61,283 nt of DNA, from contig JAGTQA010000014.1 in NCBI GenBank assembly GCA_018396975.1, positions 1 to 61,283 of the forward strand, read 5' to 3'. Both the position numbers and the translations under genes were made by a program. Within the stretch, counting starts at the first letter, position 1; each line of letters begins with the position of its first letter. Source of the DNA: Candidatus Bathyarchaeota archaeon (GTDB lineage: Archaea; Thermoproteota; Bathyarchaeia; Bathyarchaeales; DTEX01). The notes under the pieces are model-generated. The model did no database searches and was not told the origin of the DNA. It worked only from the letters and a program-made list of their open reading frames with translations. Of the stretch, positions 1 to 10,040 are shown piece after piece.

Positions 1-332
1 TCGATCGATACGCATATGGAGTCAAAATATTTGAGAAGTTTTTCAATGTTAGACGGATTTAGTAGGGATCCATTCGTCGTCGTTGAAAACCTAATTCCCC
101 TCTCTCTTCCATACTCTAAAATCTCCCAAATATACTGGTTCATTAATGGCTCCCCTAAACCTTGCAGCTTGATGATTTTTAATGTGGGTATATTTTCCAG
201 GATTATACGGAAATCCTGAATTGTTAAATCCTTGTTTAGTCTTGATTTGGGCAAGGTCTTCCTCGTACATGTAATACAGCTAAAATTGCATTTAGTCGTT
301 GGCTCTAGCTGGATAGCCTTGGGGAGGGGCAT
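1..332 (-). CDS. Radical SAM protein, N-terminal part only (gene runs off the window start)
   Basis: Minus-strand translation from ATG at 332: MPLPKAIQLEPTTKCNFSCITC... (CX3CX2C motif), then LQGLGEPLMN and TTTNGSLL, both typical of radical SAM cores. No stop before position 1, so it is absent from the ORF track. Confidence 0.6.
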   Translation of the reverse strand, partial: MPLPKAIQLEPTTKCNFSCITCTRKTLPKSRLNKDLTIQDFRIILENIPTLKIIKLQGLGEPLMNQYIWEILEYGRERGIRFSTTTNGSLLNPSNIEKLLKYFDSICVSI

Positions 333-634
333 CCTCTCTCTTCTTAAGATATCTCCTCTCGCAAGTTCTAGGGCGTCCCATAAAGAGCATTTTATATCGA
401 AATATCTTAAGTGCTTAAGCCAATAGAAGATTTCCCTATAAAAATCTATTCTCACAGACAATTTTGCTCCATGGAAGATTAAAAGAGCCACTATTTAAGA
501 CTTTTTCTCTCTTAAATTGAGTATCTAATCGAGAGGACTAGAGGAAAATGTGGAAGTAAAAATAGCAACATTTTAATTTTGCAAAATGCCTTCTAATTAG
601 GAAATGTTAAAATATAGATATGTGAGTTGCGAGT

Positions 635-1273
635 ATGCGATACTGCCCTAGGTGTGGTTTGGGGGTTCGGGAGAAAGACGCAAGGTTCTGCCCAAATTGT
701 GGGGCAACGCTACCCCAACCTAAGTTTTGGGAGAGAAGAATCGCTTGGACTGGCACGCTGCTTGAGAGGATAATAGTCTTCGGAGTTATCTTCGCTCTCT
801 GCGTGCTCGCAACCACAGCTGGCGCCCTAACAAAGATAGACTTGCTAACAGCCCGGAATATAGTGGATAGAATGAATAAGATTGAAGAGGTTTTGAGAAC
901 CACAGATATAGGTGTTCAGCTAATCTTCGGCAATAACCTCATGTATGCGCTGGGAATGTTCGTTCCGGTAGCTGGGCCCTGGCTAGGATTCTATGTCCTA
1001 TATAATACGGGAGTTATTATCTCAGCCTTCGGCATTATTTACAATACTAACCCCTTACTTGTCTTCTTAATGCTATTCCTCTATCCACATACTTGGATGG
1101 AGTATACGGCCTATGCTCTAGCGATTTCAGAGAGCTTCTGGCTTATTTACGCCGCGGTTAAGCATAGATTCAAAGACGAATTGATCATCATGCTCATGAT
1201 GGTGGTTCTCTGCAATATACTTCTGCTGGCTGGCGCTGTAGTAGAAGTTGTGATGATAGAGATACTTTATTAG
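635..1273 (+). CDS. N-terminal double zinc-ribbon fused to a SpoIIM/DUF95-like multi-pass membrane domain
   Basis: CPRCG...FCPNCG at the N-terminus, followed by several hydrophobic helices. The family assignment is from memory of DUF95 topology. Confidence 0.45.
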   Translation: MRYCPRCGLGVREKDARFCPNCGATLPQPKFWERRIAWTGTLLERIIVFGVIFALCVLATTAGALTKIDLLTARNIVDRMNKIEEVLRTTDIGVQLIFGNNLMYALGMFVPVAGPWLGFYVLYNTGVIISAFGIIYNTNPLLVFLMLFLYPHTWMEYTAYALAISESFWLIYAAVKHRFKDELIIMLMMVVLCNILLLAGAVVEVVMIEILY

Positions 1274-1346
1274 TGTCGAAACAAATAAAATCATAGCCTT
1301 CATATACTTTCCTTATGGAAGATTATAGTTCGGAAGGGTGTTTAGG

Positions 1347-2318
1347 ATGAGCTATGAGATGTGGACTGAAAAGTATAGGCCTAAAACACTCGACGAAATA
1401 GTCGACCAGGAGGAGATAGTTAGCAGACTCAAGAGCTTTGTTAAGGCCAAGAATGTCCCCCACTGCATATTTGCCGGCCCACCCGGAACTGGAAAGACGA
1501 CGGCAGCCCTCTGCTTAGCACATGATCTTTATGGCGAAAACTATCGGGAGTATATTATGGAGCTTAATGCTAGCGATGAGAGGGGCATAAATGTTGTTAG
1601 GGAGACTGTTAAGACGTTTGCTAGGACGAAGCCTATGGGCGAGGTAACGTTTAAGCTGCTCATATTGGATGAGGCAGATAATATGACCGATGATGCACAA
1701 CAGGCTTTAAGGCGCACGATGGAGCGCTACACTGAGACGGCGCGCTTCATCTTAATAGCTAACTACAGCGGTAAAATAATTGAACCCATACAGTCTAGGT
1801 GTGCACCCTTCAGATTCACGTATCTCCCCCGAGAAGCCATAATTAAGAGAATCAAATATATTTGTGAGAGGGAGAATGTTGAGATTCTGGATGATGGTAT
1901 AGAGGCTATTCTGGAGATTAGTGAGGGTGACCTTAGGAGGACCGTAAATATCCTTCAGACAGCCGCCTCAGTTGGTAAACCAATAGACGCTGAGGTTGTA
2001 TATTCAGTTGTTGGCAGGGCTAATCCACATGATGTTAGGGAGATGATGCTCTCAGCCCTAAATGGCGACTTCATATCTGCGAGGAACAAGCTTAGGGAGC
2101 TCACGCAGAAGTATGGGCTCTCCGGAATCGACATAATAAAGCAGATTCACAGCGAAATATTTAGGCTGAATATTCCGGATAGGTGGAAGGTTAAGCTGGC
2201 CGATATAGCCGGCGAAATAGATTATAGGCTGATTCAGGGCGCAAGCGACGAGATACAGTTAAGCGCCCTACTCGCTAAGCTCGTTGAAGCCGGCTACGAG
2301 ATAAAGAAGGGCCTATAG
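1347..2318 (+). CDS. rfcS: Replication factor C small subunit
   Basis: WTEKYRPKTLDEIV, Walker A GPPGTGKTT, LILDEADNMT, SRC motif. Start moved to ATG 1347 (MSYEMW). Confidence 0.93.
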   Translation: MSYEMWTEKYRPKTLDEIVDQEEIVSRLKSFVKAKNVPHCIFAGPPGTGKTTAALCLAHDLYGENYREYIMELNASDERGINVVRETVKTFARTKPMGEVTFKLLILDEADNMTDDAQQALRRTMERYTETARFILIANYSGKIIEPIQSRCAPFRFTYLPREAIIKRIKYICERENVEILDDGIEAILEISEGDLRRTVNILQTAASVGKPIDAEVVYSVVGRANPHDVREMMLSALNGDFISARNKLRELTQKYGLSGIDIIKQIHSEIFRLNIPDRWKVKLADIAGEIDYRLIQGASDEIQLSALLAKLVEAGYEIKKGL

Positions 2319-2338
2319 ATCTAGAGAGTGATGTCTAG

Positions 2339-3577
2339 ATGTCTGCCAGCATAGCATATATTCCCTGGACTCAGAAGTATAGGCCTAGGTCGCTATCGGA
2401 GGTTATAGGGAACGAGGAGGCGAAGCGTAAGATTCTTGAGTGGATTCGATCATGGGATAGGGGCATACCGGAGAAGAGGGCCCTGTTCATTTATGGCCCA
2501 CCCGGCATCGGGAAGACCGTGACGGTTGAGGCCCTAGCAAACGATTTAAATATGGAGCTGATTGAGAGCGACGCCAGCAGCTATAGGACTGAGGAGGCTG
2601 TTAGGCGGCTGGCTGGTAGGGCCTCGCAGTTCGGCTCCATATTCGGTAGAAAGAAACTCATATTGTTTGATGAGCTGGATGGTATAACTGGCTCGGCCGA
2701 TGCTGGGGGATTGAGGGAGATAACTGAGGTGATAAAGACAACTAGAGTTCCAATAATATTGATTGCGAACGACGCCTTTGAGCCTAGATTCGCATCGCTG
2801 AGGAACCTCTGCCTACTAATAGAATTTAAGAAGCCCTCAAAAGTTGAGGTTGCGAGGCATCTGGCGAAGATATGCGCTAGGGAGGGGATAGACGCGGAGG
2901 AAGCGGCCCTAAAATTTATAGCTGAGAGGAGTGGGGGTGACGTTAGGTCAGCCATAAATGACCTACAGGCCCTGGCTCAGGGCAAGAGCAAATTAACCTA
3001 CGAGGATGTTTCTTGGCTGGCGTCTAGGGATCGGAAGGAGGAGATATTTAATGTCTTAAGGATGATCCTTTATGCTAGGGATGCATCCGCCGCCAAGGCA
3101 GCCATAAACATGGCCGATGTAGACCTAGACATGCTCCTCGAGTGGATATATGAGAATATCCCATACCACATTAAGAATCCTCATGAGCTGGCGGCGGCGA
3201 TGGATGCCCTATCAAAGGCGGATATATACCGTGGGAGGATTAAGGAGACTCAGGACTGGTCCTTAATCCGATATGTTATAGACTTGATGACCGCCGGGGT
3301 TGCATCCTCATGGAGTAGGAAGAGCAGTGGGTGGGTGCCATTCAAGTTCCCGGAGCGCATAAAGATGGCCTCAACCTCTAAGGAGGAGAGGGACTTACTC
3401 TCAGAGATTGGCAGAAGGATTGGGAGGAAGTGCCATTTATCGTCCTCACGTGCGATAAAGGAGGTTCTACCATATCTGCGCATAATATTCCAGAATAATC
3501 CGAAGATGGGGAAGGGCATAGCTAGGTGGCTGGATCTCAACGATGAGATGATAGCCTACATATCTGGTAAGGAGTAG
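2339..3577 (+). CDS. rfcL: Replication factor C large subunit
   Basis: WTQKYRPRSL, GPPGIGKT, LILFDELDG. Lies directly downstream of rfcS, the usual archaeal pairing. Confidence 0.9.
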   Translation: MSASIAYIPWTQKYRPRSLSEVIGNEEAKRKILEWIRSWDRGIPEKRALFIYGPPGIGKTVTVEALANDLNMELIESDASSYRTEEAVRRLAGRASQFGSIFGRKKLILFDELDGITGSADAGGLREITEVIKTTRVPIILIANDAFEPRFASLRNLCLLIEFKKPSKVEVARHLAKICAREGIDAEEAALKFIAERSGGDVRSAINDLQALAQGKSKLTYEDVSWLASRDRKEEIFNVLRMILYARDASAAKAAINMADVDLDMLLEWIYENIPYHIKNPHELAAAMDALSKADIYRGRIKETQDWSLIRYVIDLMTAGVASSWSRKSSGWVPFKFPERIKMASTSKEERDLLSEIGRRIGRKCHLSSSRAIKEVLPYLRIIFQNNPKMGKGIARWLDLNDEMIAYISGKE

Positions 3578-3597
3578 GGGTAGGTAAAGTATCCTCC

Positions 3598-4278
3598 TTA
3601 GGGTCTTTCATAAGCCCTATAAAGTCTCCTCTCATAAACGCTCTTGCCCCCACGCCTCCCAGCACCCTTAGAGCGCTCAATATTCTTTAGTCGAGCCTGT
3701 AAAAGCGCAATCTTAGTCTTAGAGGGTTTTCTAGATCTCTTCAGGGCCAGCTTAGCCTTTGTTGCTAGGGCCCTGAGATTCACACTGGACTTTGTATTCC
3801 GGCTCCTGCGCCTTCTAGCACCCTCACTCTCCCCTATTTTAGTTTTCTCCTCCCTAATGAATGTGACAGTTTTAGCTTCCAAGTTTACCTCCTTCACCCT
3901 CCATCCAACTGTTAGCCAAGCCTCAGATTGTGGGTGGCCCCAAACATTATTCCACCAGCCCCTATTCTCATATGCTGATTTGGGCAGCCTATCGCCGATT
4001 ACATCCTCAATCTCGGCGAATGATAATGTTGCTTCATCCCGCAGCCTAAATCTTTTGGCGAGTAAAATGCTTAAATTGGCGTATTTGCTCCTCCCGCGGC
4101 TCTGTGGGAGCAGACTCTTTACGGCGCACTCCAAACAAATAATCTCACCGTTATCCTTCTGGATTATGCAGTTTCCGCAGCATCTCCTCTTACAGTATTG
4201 GCATGTATAGAGGATACTGCTGGGATAGGTCTCCTCACAGATGGTGCATGTGTTCCCAATAGGGAATATTCTTCTCAA
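3598..4278 (-). CDS. Cys-rich zinc-finger protein with a central WW/GW-rich domain and a polybasic C-terminal tail
   Basis: N-terminus CTICEE...CQYCKRRCCGNC...CLEC. Central LPKSAYENRGWWNNVWGHPQSEAWLTVGW. C-terminal ~70 aa are rich in R/K. Confidence 0.55.
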   Translation of the reverse strand: MRRIFPIGNTCTICEETYPSSILYTCQYCKRRCCGNCIIQKDNGEIICLECAVKSLLPQSRGRSKYANLSILLAKRFRLRDEATLSFAEIEDVIGDRLPKSAYENRGWWNNVWGHPQSEAWLTVGWRVKEVNLEAKTVTFIREEKTKIGESEGARRRRSRNTKSSVNLRALATKAKLALKRSRKPSKTKIALLQARLKNIERSKGAGRRGGKSVYERRLYRAYERP

Positions 4279-4346
4279 AATGCACCTACTTCCTAAGAGA
4301 GTTCTAGCCGAAAATTATTAAAGTTTTTCGGAGACTAAAGATTATT

Positions 4347-5861
4347 TTGCTGGAGGATGAACATGTGAGGAGCACACCCATAGGTATAGCCATAATTAAT
4401 GATGAGAGGGAGCATGTTTGGAGGGCTAATAGGGAGGAGTGCATGGAGGTTGCCTATAAGTGGGCTGAGATCATTAGGAGAGGTGCTAAGAACGTTGATG
4501 GAACATCACCCGAGGTAGTTGTGGGCTCTGATACAATAACATCTGTTAGGGTTGCTCAGAGGATTGGTGAGGAGCTTGCTAGGGCAAACTGCAAGCAGAT
4601 AATATTGTGCTTTTACGTCTGGGACTTCCCCTATCTCGTTTGGCCATTCATAAACAGCGTTGGTAGGGATAAGCCCATCCTATGCCTATCAAATAATAGC
4701 GGAAAATATCCCGGAAATGTTGGGCTACTCGCCACGGACGGAGCCCTAAGGCAGGTTGGAATAAGAACCCACCGAATAATTGGGGACATGAATGACCCTG
4801 AGGTTCAGGCTAAGGTTATAGATTGGGTTAGGGCCGCCCAAGCATATACAACAATCCAGAATGAGGTTTACGGCATGTATGGTGGGCACTCGATGGGCAT
4901 GGAGACGGGCTATTTCCATCTAGTCCCAATAATAAAGACTTTTGGCGTAACGGTCTGTCAAATAGACCAGCTCCTCCTAGTTGAGAGGATGAAGGAGGTT
5001 GATGAGCGGGAGGTTGATAAAGCGATGAAGTGGTTTACCGAGATGCTTGGTGATAGAATAAGGTATGATGGGAAGATGCTTACGCCTGAAACCCTAAAGA
5101 GGCAGATACGCCTATACTTAGCCATGAGAGCGGTTAATGAGGAGATGGGTTTCGACTTCTGTGGAATAAAGGGGCAGAGGGAGCTATCGGAGCATGTCTG
5201 CATAACGGATGTTGCCGAGATGCTCATGAACGACCCATACGACTGGAATGGGCCTAAGGAGCCAACCGTCTGCGCGACGGAAGCCGACTCCCTAGCGGCC
5301 GTAACAATGCAGCTGCTTAAATACGTTAGCGGCGGCCTACCCGTCCTGTTCATGGATGTCCGCCTATACCACCCGGATAAAGACTTATGGGACTTCTGCA
5401 ACTCGGGAAACCATGCGAGCTGGTATGCCTCCAGAAGCATGGATCCGAGGGAAAACCTCAAGAAGGTGACATTCCACCCGGCCCTAGAATACTACTTTAA
5501 GGCTGGGGGCGCATCTGTTGAGTTCGATGCTGCACCCGGTCCCATAACATTCGCCCGCCTAGGCCTCTGGGACGACAAGCTATATATGGTTATTGTGCTC
5601 GGTGAGGCTGTTGAGCTGCCGCCGGAGGAGCGTAAGGCAATAAATGAGCAGACGAACCCAACATGGCCTCATGTGCACGCTAGGCTACACTGTAGTTTCG
5701 ATGAGTTCATTGAGGTCTTCCCATGCAATCATATACTTGGTGTTGCCGGGAACCATGTTAGGGCACTGAAATATTTATGTGAGATAGCTGGCATAGAGCC
5801 CATAATACTCGGTCCAGAAGCGCAGAAATATGCTGAGCCAATATGGAAGCGCATTTCTTAG
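4347..5861 (+). CDS. L-fucose/L-arabinose isomerase family protein
   Basis: ~500 aa. CATEADSLAAVTMQLL, FMDVRLY and FCNSGNH resemble the FucI-family catalytic region. TTG start is uncertain. Confidence 0.55.
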   Translation: MLEDEHVRSTPIGIAIINDEREHVWRANREECMEVAYKWAEIIRRGAKNVDGTSPEVVVGSDTITSVRVAQRIGEELARANCKQIILCFYVWDFPYLVWPFINSVGRDKPILCLSNNSGKYPGNVGLLATDGALRQVGIRTHRIIGDMNDPEVQAKVIDWVRAAQAYTTIQNEVYGMYGGHSMGMETGYFHLVPIIKTFGVTVCQIDQLLLVERMKEVDEREVDKAMKWFTEMLGDRIRYDGKMLTPETLKRQIRLYLAMRAVNEEMGFDFCGIKGQRELSEHVCITDVAEMLMNDPYDWNGPKEPTVCATEADSLAAVTMQLLKYVSGGLPVLFMDVRLYHPDKDLWDFCNSGNHASWYASRSMDPRENLKKVTFHPALEYYFKAGGASVEFDAAPGPITFARLGLWDDKLYMVIVLGEAVELPPEERKAINEQTNPTWPHVHARLHCSFDEFIEVFPCNHILGVAGNHVRALKYLCEIAGIEPIILGPEAQKYAEPIWKRIS

Positions 5862-5872
5862 GAGTTGAAAGC

Positions 5873-6607
5873 CTAGCGCCACATCACATTTTCCTCTAAT
5901 ATTTTCTCGATTTCCTTCGCGAAGTCGGTTTTTAGGAGCGCATCTACATCCCCGAGGGCATTCTCAACCCTCCCATCGAAGTGTATTTCGCCTAGGAACC
6001 TCTCGCCTAGGGCCTCAACCTCACGCCTGATGTGGGCTGAATCTTCCATCTTCATATTCTCTATGACGCCAATTATCTCCGCTCCCAGATCCCTAAGTAA
6101 TGTTAGGAGCTTCCTCACGGTCTCAAAAGCCATCCTTGATGGTGATGTTATAATTAGGAATCTGGCCCCCCTAATATACTTCAGCACATCGAGCATTAGG
6201 TCGCCTATGCCGGGCGGCATATCAATTATTAGCATGTCTAGGCTGCCCCATCGGGTCACCGCCAGCATCTCTATGAAGGCATTGGATATCTCCGGTCCCC
6301 TAAGTGGGGATGTTCTGTCGCCGAGGTAAAATATGAGCGACATATATTTTATGCCATGAACCTCTGGCGGAACCACACCCTTATCCTCGCTCGGCTGAAG
6401 GCCTCTAACTCCTAGGGTAACATGAGTTGTTGGGCTCGTGAAGTCTAGGTCTAAGAGGCCGACTCTGAATCCCTTACGTGCTAGGATCAGCGCCAGCGTG
6501 GAAGCTATTAGGCTCTTTCCAACCCCACCCTTACCGCTCGAAACAACTATTATCTGCCCTATACTCTTAAGCCTCTCCCCTATAATAGTGAGTCTTGGAT
6601 CGAGCAT
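5873..6607 (-). CDS. hypB: Mrp/MinD-family P-loop ATPase, probable HypB-type nickel-insertion partner
   Basis: SSGKGGVGKS deviant Walker A. Starts 4 nt after the hypA stop on the same strand. Thermococcales use an Mrp/MinD-type HypB. Confidence 0.65.
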   Translation of the reverse strand: MLDPRLTIIGERLKSIGQIIVVSSGKGGVGKSLIASTLALILARKGFRVGLLDLDFTSPTTHVTLGVRGLQPSEDKGVVPPEVHGIKYMSLIFYLGDRTSPLRGPEISNAFIEMLAVTRWGSLDMLIIDMPPGIGDLMLDVLKYIRGARFLIITSPSRMAFETVRKLLTLLRDLGAEIIGVIENMKMEDSAHIRREVEALGERFLGEIHFDGRVENALGDVDALLKTDFAKEIEKILEENVMWR

Positions 6608-6611
6608 AGGC

Positions 6612-7010
6612 CTATTTTACGCCCCTAACACTCGATATCCAAACGCCCCTACCGCTGGATATATCAAAGTCTGGGCTCCCACACCTTGGACATCTAAAGT
6701 ATGCGTGTGCAACCTCCGGAATAAAATGTATCGACTCCTTAACATCTTCGGATACCTTAGCCTCCCTAAAGAGCCATTTATTCCCACATACCCTACACTT
6801 AAACCTCGCCCTAACAGTCCTCATAGTGAACTTGGCATTGGAGAGCTTCCCGGACTTCAGTTGGGAGAGGGCGAAGCCAAGAACCTCCCTATCAACCTGC
6901 TGTAGCTCCCCGATCCTCAGCCCTACCTCCCTAACCTCCTTCAGCCCCTCCCTCTCAGCGATCTGGGAGACCGCCGATATTATGGCTTCGGCCAGAGCCC
7001 ATTCATGCAT
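6612..7010 (-). CDS. hypA: Hydrogenase nickel incorporation protein HypA
   Basis: MHEWALAEAII N-terminus (MHE motif) and two CxxC pairs (CRVCG, CPRCG). Confidence 0.88.
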   Translation of the reverse strand: MHEWALAEAIISAVSQIAEREGLKEVREVGLRIGELQQVDREVLGFALSQLKSGKLSNAKFTMRTVRARFKCRVCGNKWLFREAKVSEDVKESIHFIPEVAHAYFRCPRCGSPDFDISSGRGVWISSVRGVK

Positions 7011-7078
7011 AGGAAAGTTTAGATTGAACCACGAATTTAAGAGTATCTGTAGAGCTTAAAATTCTGGGTGTTATAATC

Positions 7079-8152
7079 ATGGCGGCCGATAGCGGATATA
7101 TAACCATGCTGTATGGTGCTGGCGGCTCAGTCATGCATGAGTTCATCAAAAAATATATTCTGAGGTTCTTTGGAGATTTGGAGTCTGGGAACTTTGAGGT
7201 TCCGCTTAAGGCCCTAGACGATGCAGCGGTTTTCGGGAACATAGTCTTGAAGAGCGACTCGCACGTTGTTAAGCCTATATTCTTTCCGGGAGGGGATATT
7301 GGCCGCCTAGCTGTCTCTGGAACAGTTAATGATATCGCGGTTATGGGCGCCGAACCAGTAGCCCTCACATGTGGGCTAATACTTGAGGAGGGGCTGCCCC
7401 TATCGGATCTAGAGCGCATACTCGAGAGCATGCGTGCGACATGTCTAGAGGCGAATGTCCCAGTAATCACAGGAGACACCAAGGTTGTTGAGAGGAGCGG
7501 CTTAGGCGGATGCGTAATAAACACCTCTGGAATAGGTATTAGAACAGAGGCCTTAGAGAGGAACATTGGTGTGGTAAGGAGGTTTAGGGCGGATTTTAGG
7601 GGCAGATGGCTCCTCGACTCAAACCTTAGGACTGGTGACAAAATAATATTGTCTGGAACAGTAGGCGACCATGGGATTGCCATCCTATCGGCGCAGGAGG
7701 GGCTAATGTTTAGTGGAGAGATAAAGTCTGATGTTAGACCGCTTAACCGCCTAATACAGCGTCTGCTCGGCGAAGTCGGTGGGGTGGTCTCCATGAAGGA
7801 TCCAACTCGGGGTGGACTGGCCGACGCCCTAAACGAGTTTAGTGAGAAGTCCGGTGTTGGCATACTCATCTATGAGGATAGGATTCCAGTTAGGGAGCCG
7901 GTTAGGGCTGCCTGTGAGATGCTTGGTTTAGACCCCCTAGAAATTGGTAACGAGGGTAAGGTTGTTATGGGCGTTGTGAGGGAGAAGGCTGAGGAGGTGC
8001 TGGAGTTTCTTAGGGGGACCCCTGAGGGCAGAGACGCTGAGATAATTGGTGAGGTTACAGATAGATTTGTTGGGGTTGCGATGGAGACAGTAATAGGCGG
8101 AAGAAGAATAATTCCTAGACCGCTGGGAGATCCAATTCCAAGGATATGCTAG
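7079..8152 (+). CDS. hypE: Hydrogenase maturation protein HypE
   Basis: PurM-like fold motifs and the canonical C-terminal PRIC. Confidence 0.88.
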   Translation: MAADSGYITMLYGAGGSVMHEFIKKYILRFFGDLESGNFEVPLKALDDAAVFGNIVLKSDSHVVKPIFFPGGDIGRLAVSGTVNDIAVMGAEPVALTCGLILEEGLPLSDLERILESMRATCLEANVPVITGDTKVVERSGLGGCVINTSGIGIRTEALERNIGVVRRFRADFRGRWLLDSNLRTGDKIILSGTVGDHGIAILSAQEGLMFSGEIKSDVRPLNRLIQRLLGEVGGVVSMKDPTRGGLADALNEFSEKSGVGILIYEDRIPVREPVRAACEMLGLDPLEIGNEGKVVMGVVREKAEEVLEFLRGTPEGRDAEIIGEVTDRFVGVAMETVIGGRRIIPRPLGDPIPRIC

Positions 8153-8163
8153 CCTCGGCCCAA

Positions 8164-9921
8164 TTACTTCTCATACCAAGCCTTCCTAATAGTCTTCGGC
8201 CTTAGATCAGTTATGCTCTCTAGGGCCTCTAGGAGTATCTTAGTCTTCTCGAGCTTCGGTTCGGGCAGATTATTCCCATAATTATCGTATCCCACATAGA
8301 CTATCTCCGGCGAAATATTATATATCCAGTCTATGAACTCCTCATCAAAGTCTAAAATTGGCTCTATGACAACGGCCTTCCACATCCAACCCAACCTAAT
8401 CATGGCCTCATACCGCTCTCTGGGGGTTGGGGCCCTACTCAGCTTATAGTCCCTATTGGTCTCTAGGGTTACGCCCAAAACAACATTATCGCTCAATTTA
8501 TCCTCAAACTCAAGATACCTCTTCGGGTTCTTAGTTAGGAAGAGAAAATTAACTTTAGGCCTAGACCTAACATATCTCAAAACCTTCTCGATCCACTCTC
8601 CCGGAACCCAAGAGTTACCACACCAGACAGGCCTACCATTTCTTCTAACATAAATTATGTGAGTGGGGACTTCAAGGCAGTAGACGTAACCCTCATAATT
8701 CTCATATCCAATGTAACATTTGGTTCCATCACTCAGCTTATTGGCAACCCTTATGCTGCGGGCATAGTCGACCTCGGGCATTCTATTTCTCCCAGTAATT
8801 ACGACCTCATAGCAATCGCGCCCCTTTGCCGCATTCCCGCCAATGTATCCACTCCTTTCTTTACCTCCGGCTTTCACTATAGCCACATATCCACATTTTA
8901 GCGCTATCTCCTGAATGTCGTCGGCAAGCCTCTTGCTAGTCGTGTAGGCCCTTTTGCAGGTTCCTGATTCTCTTTGGCCGCTGCCACTAATATAGGCTTC
9001 AAGCATTATACTCAATAGTCTCTTCGAGAGGTTTTTAAATTCAGTGGGAATATATCTTCTGTCTTCATGATCCAGCTTTTGAAGGAATTCCGCAAGCTCC
9101 TGATCCCCATTAATCTCGATCCCATCTTCATGAACACAAATATTTTTTCCTCTATTTTCAGCAACCGTTCTCATGGCCTCAAGGGTGTCTTTGTAGTGGG
9201 GACTCGTATTCTTTTGGGAAACTCGTATTCGCGGCTCACCATCCACTAATAAGACTTTACCTCTAGCCAAGTAGTATCCAAGGAACTTCATAAAAGCGTC
9301 AATTGGCACACCTGCGAACTTATCTATCTCACAGCCCTCCCAGTTGGGAAAGTCCCTCCGAAACCTCAATCTCTTCTCAAGGCAATCCTCAGCTCTAACT
9401 AGGCTAAAGTCCCTGAACTCTAATCCCTGCCCCCACCCTTCACGTGATGCATCTTCCAACGCAACATAGAGATTGTGGTCTGGAGTCACCAGCAAATCTA
9501 TGGAGTTCGACTTTATTCTGATCATCCTACCCTCATACCAATATTTCACGATCCTAGCGGGCTTACAATAGATAACTCTATTATTAGATGGGTCTAGGCA
9601 AGCCACTAGGTCGTCATAAGTAACCTCACTAAACCTCTTCCATCCACCATAAGTCAATACTTCGGTCTCTTCATCATAACAACCCCACATATCACCCATG
9701 TCTGAAACGAAAACAAACCTTCCATCTGGAAACTTCTGCCTAAGTCTCCATTCGGCAAAAGCCGGATTAAAGGCATGGGTCTTATATGGTTCAACACCCA
9801 TGGAGGCGAGTCTCCTAGCATAATTTCTAGCCCAGCAGTAGGAGCACATATGTAGGCAGCCAGTTATAGGATTCCACGAATCCGTTATCTCACCAAACAC
9901 CCTTCTTCTCAATATACCCAT
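8164..9921 (-). CDS. DUF5131 / phage Gp37-Gp68-like three-Cys protein interrupted by an intein
   Basis: Exteins: WNPITGCLHMCSYCWA (CX3CX2C), FVFVSDMGDMWG | SWVPGEWIEKV...FLFLTKNPKRY. The 356-aa insert carries intein blocks. Confidence 0.75.
   Translation of the reverse strand: MGILRRRVFGEITDSWNPITGCLHMCSYCWARNYARRLASMGVEPYKTHAFNPAFAEWRLRQKFPDGRFVFVSDMGDMWGCYDEETEVLTYGGWKRFSEVTYDDLVACLDPSNNRVIYCKPARIVKYWYEGRMIRIKSNSIDLLVTPDHNLYVALEDASREGWGQGLEFRDFSLVRAEDCLEKRLRFRRDFPNWEGCEIDKFAGVPIDAFMKFLGYYLARGKVLLVDGEPRIRVSQKNTSPHYKDTLEAMRTVAENRGKNICVHEDGIEINGDQELAEFLQKLDHEDRRYIPTEFKNLSKRLLSIMLEAYISGSGQRESGTCKRAYTTSKRLADDIQEIALKCGYVAIVKAGGKERSGYIGGNAAKGRDCYEVVITGRNRMPEVDYARSIRVANKLSDGTKCYIGYENYEGYVYCLEVPTHIIYVRRNGRPVWCGNSWVPGEWIEKVLRYVRSRPKVNFLFLTKNPKRYLEFEDKLSDNVVLGVTLETNRDYKLSRAPTPRERYEAMIRLGWMWKAVVIEPILDFDEEFIDWIYNISPEIVYVGYDNYGNNLPEPKLEKTKILLEALESITDLRPKTIRKAWYEK
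8614..9681 (-). mobile_element. Full-size intein (356 aa) with LAGLIDADG-type homing endonuclease domain
   Basis: Cys1 (TGT at 9681-9679) in CYDEETEVLTYGGW (block A). TPDH (block B). LGYYLARGKV and LEAYISGSG (LAGLIDADG-like). C-terminal ...VWCGN with Asn (AAC at 8616-8614), followed by +1 Ser. Confidence 0.8.
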
Positions 9922-10040
9922 TACCCTTCAATATCTCTAAGGAAAATTAGTAGCTGAGTTTCTTTTTAATCTGCCGATCCCACCAATACCCATTTTCTAC
10001 GCCTGTTAACCTTAATATCGGTTTTCTAGGATCTTTCCGC

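Noticed and set aside
7003-7869. 288-aa ORF antisense to hypE, and similar long antisense ORFs (e.g. 607-903, 2581-2955, 3644-4210, 4958-5461, 16736-17200, 17985-18419, 39469-40017, 47959-48441)
   Set aside because: Each lies wholly inside a gene with strong family motifs on the opposite strand. Their translations are Ser/Pro/Leu/Arg-rich and low in complexity, which is typical of shadow ORFs.
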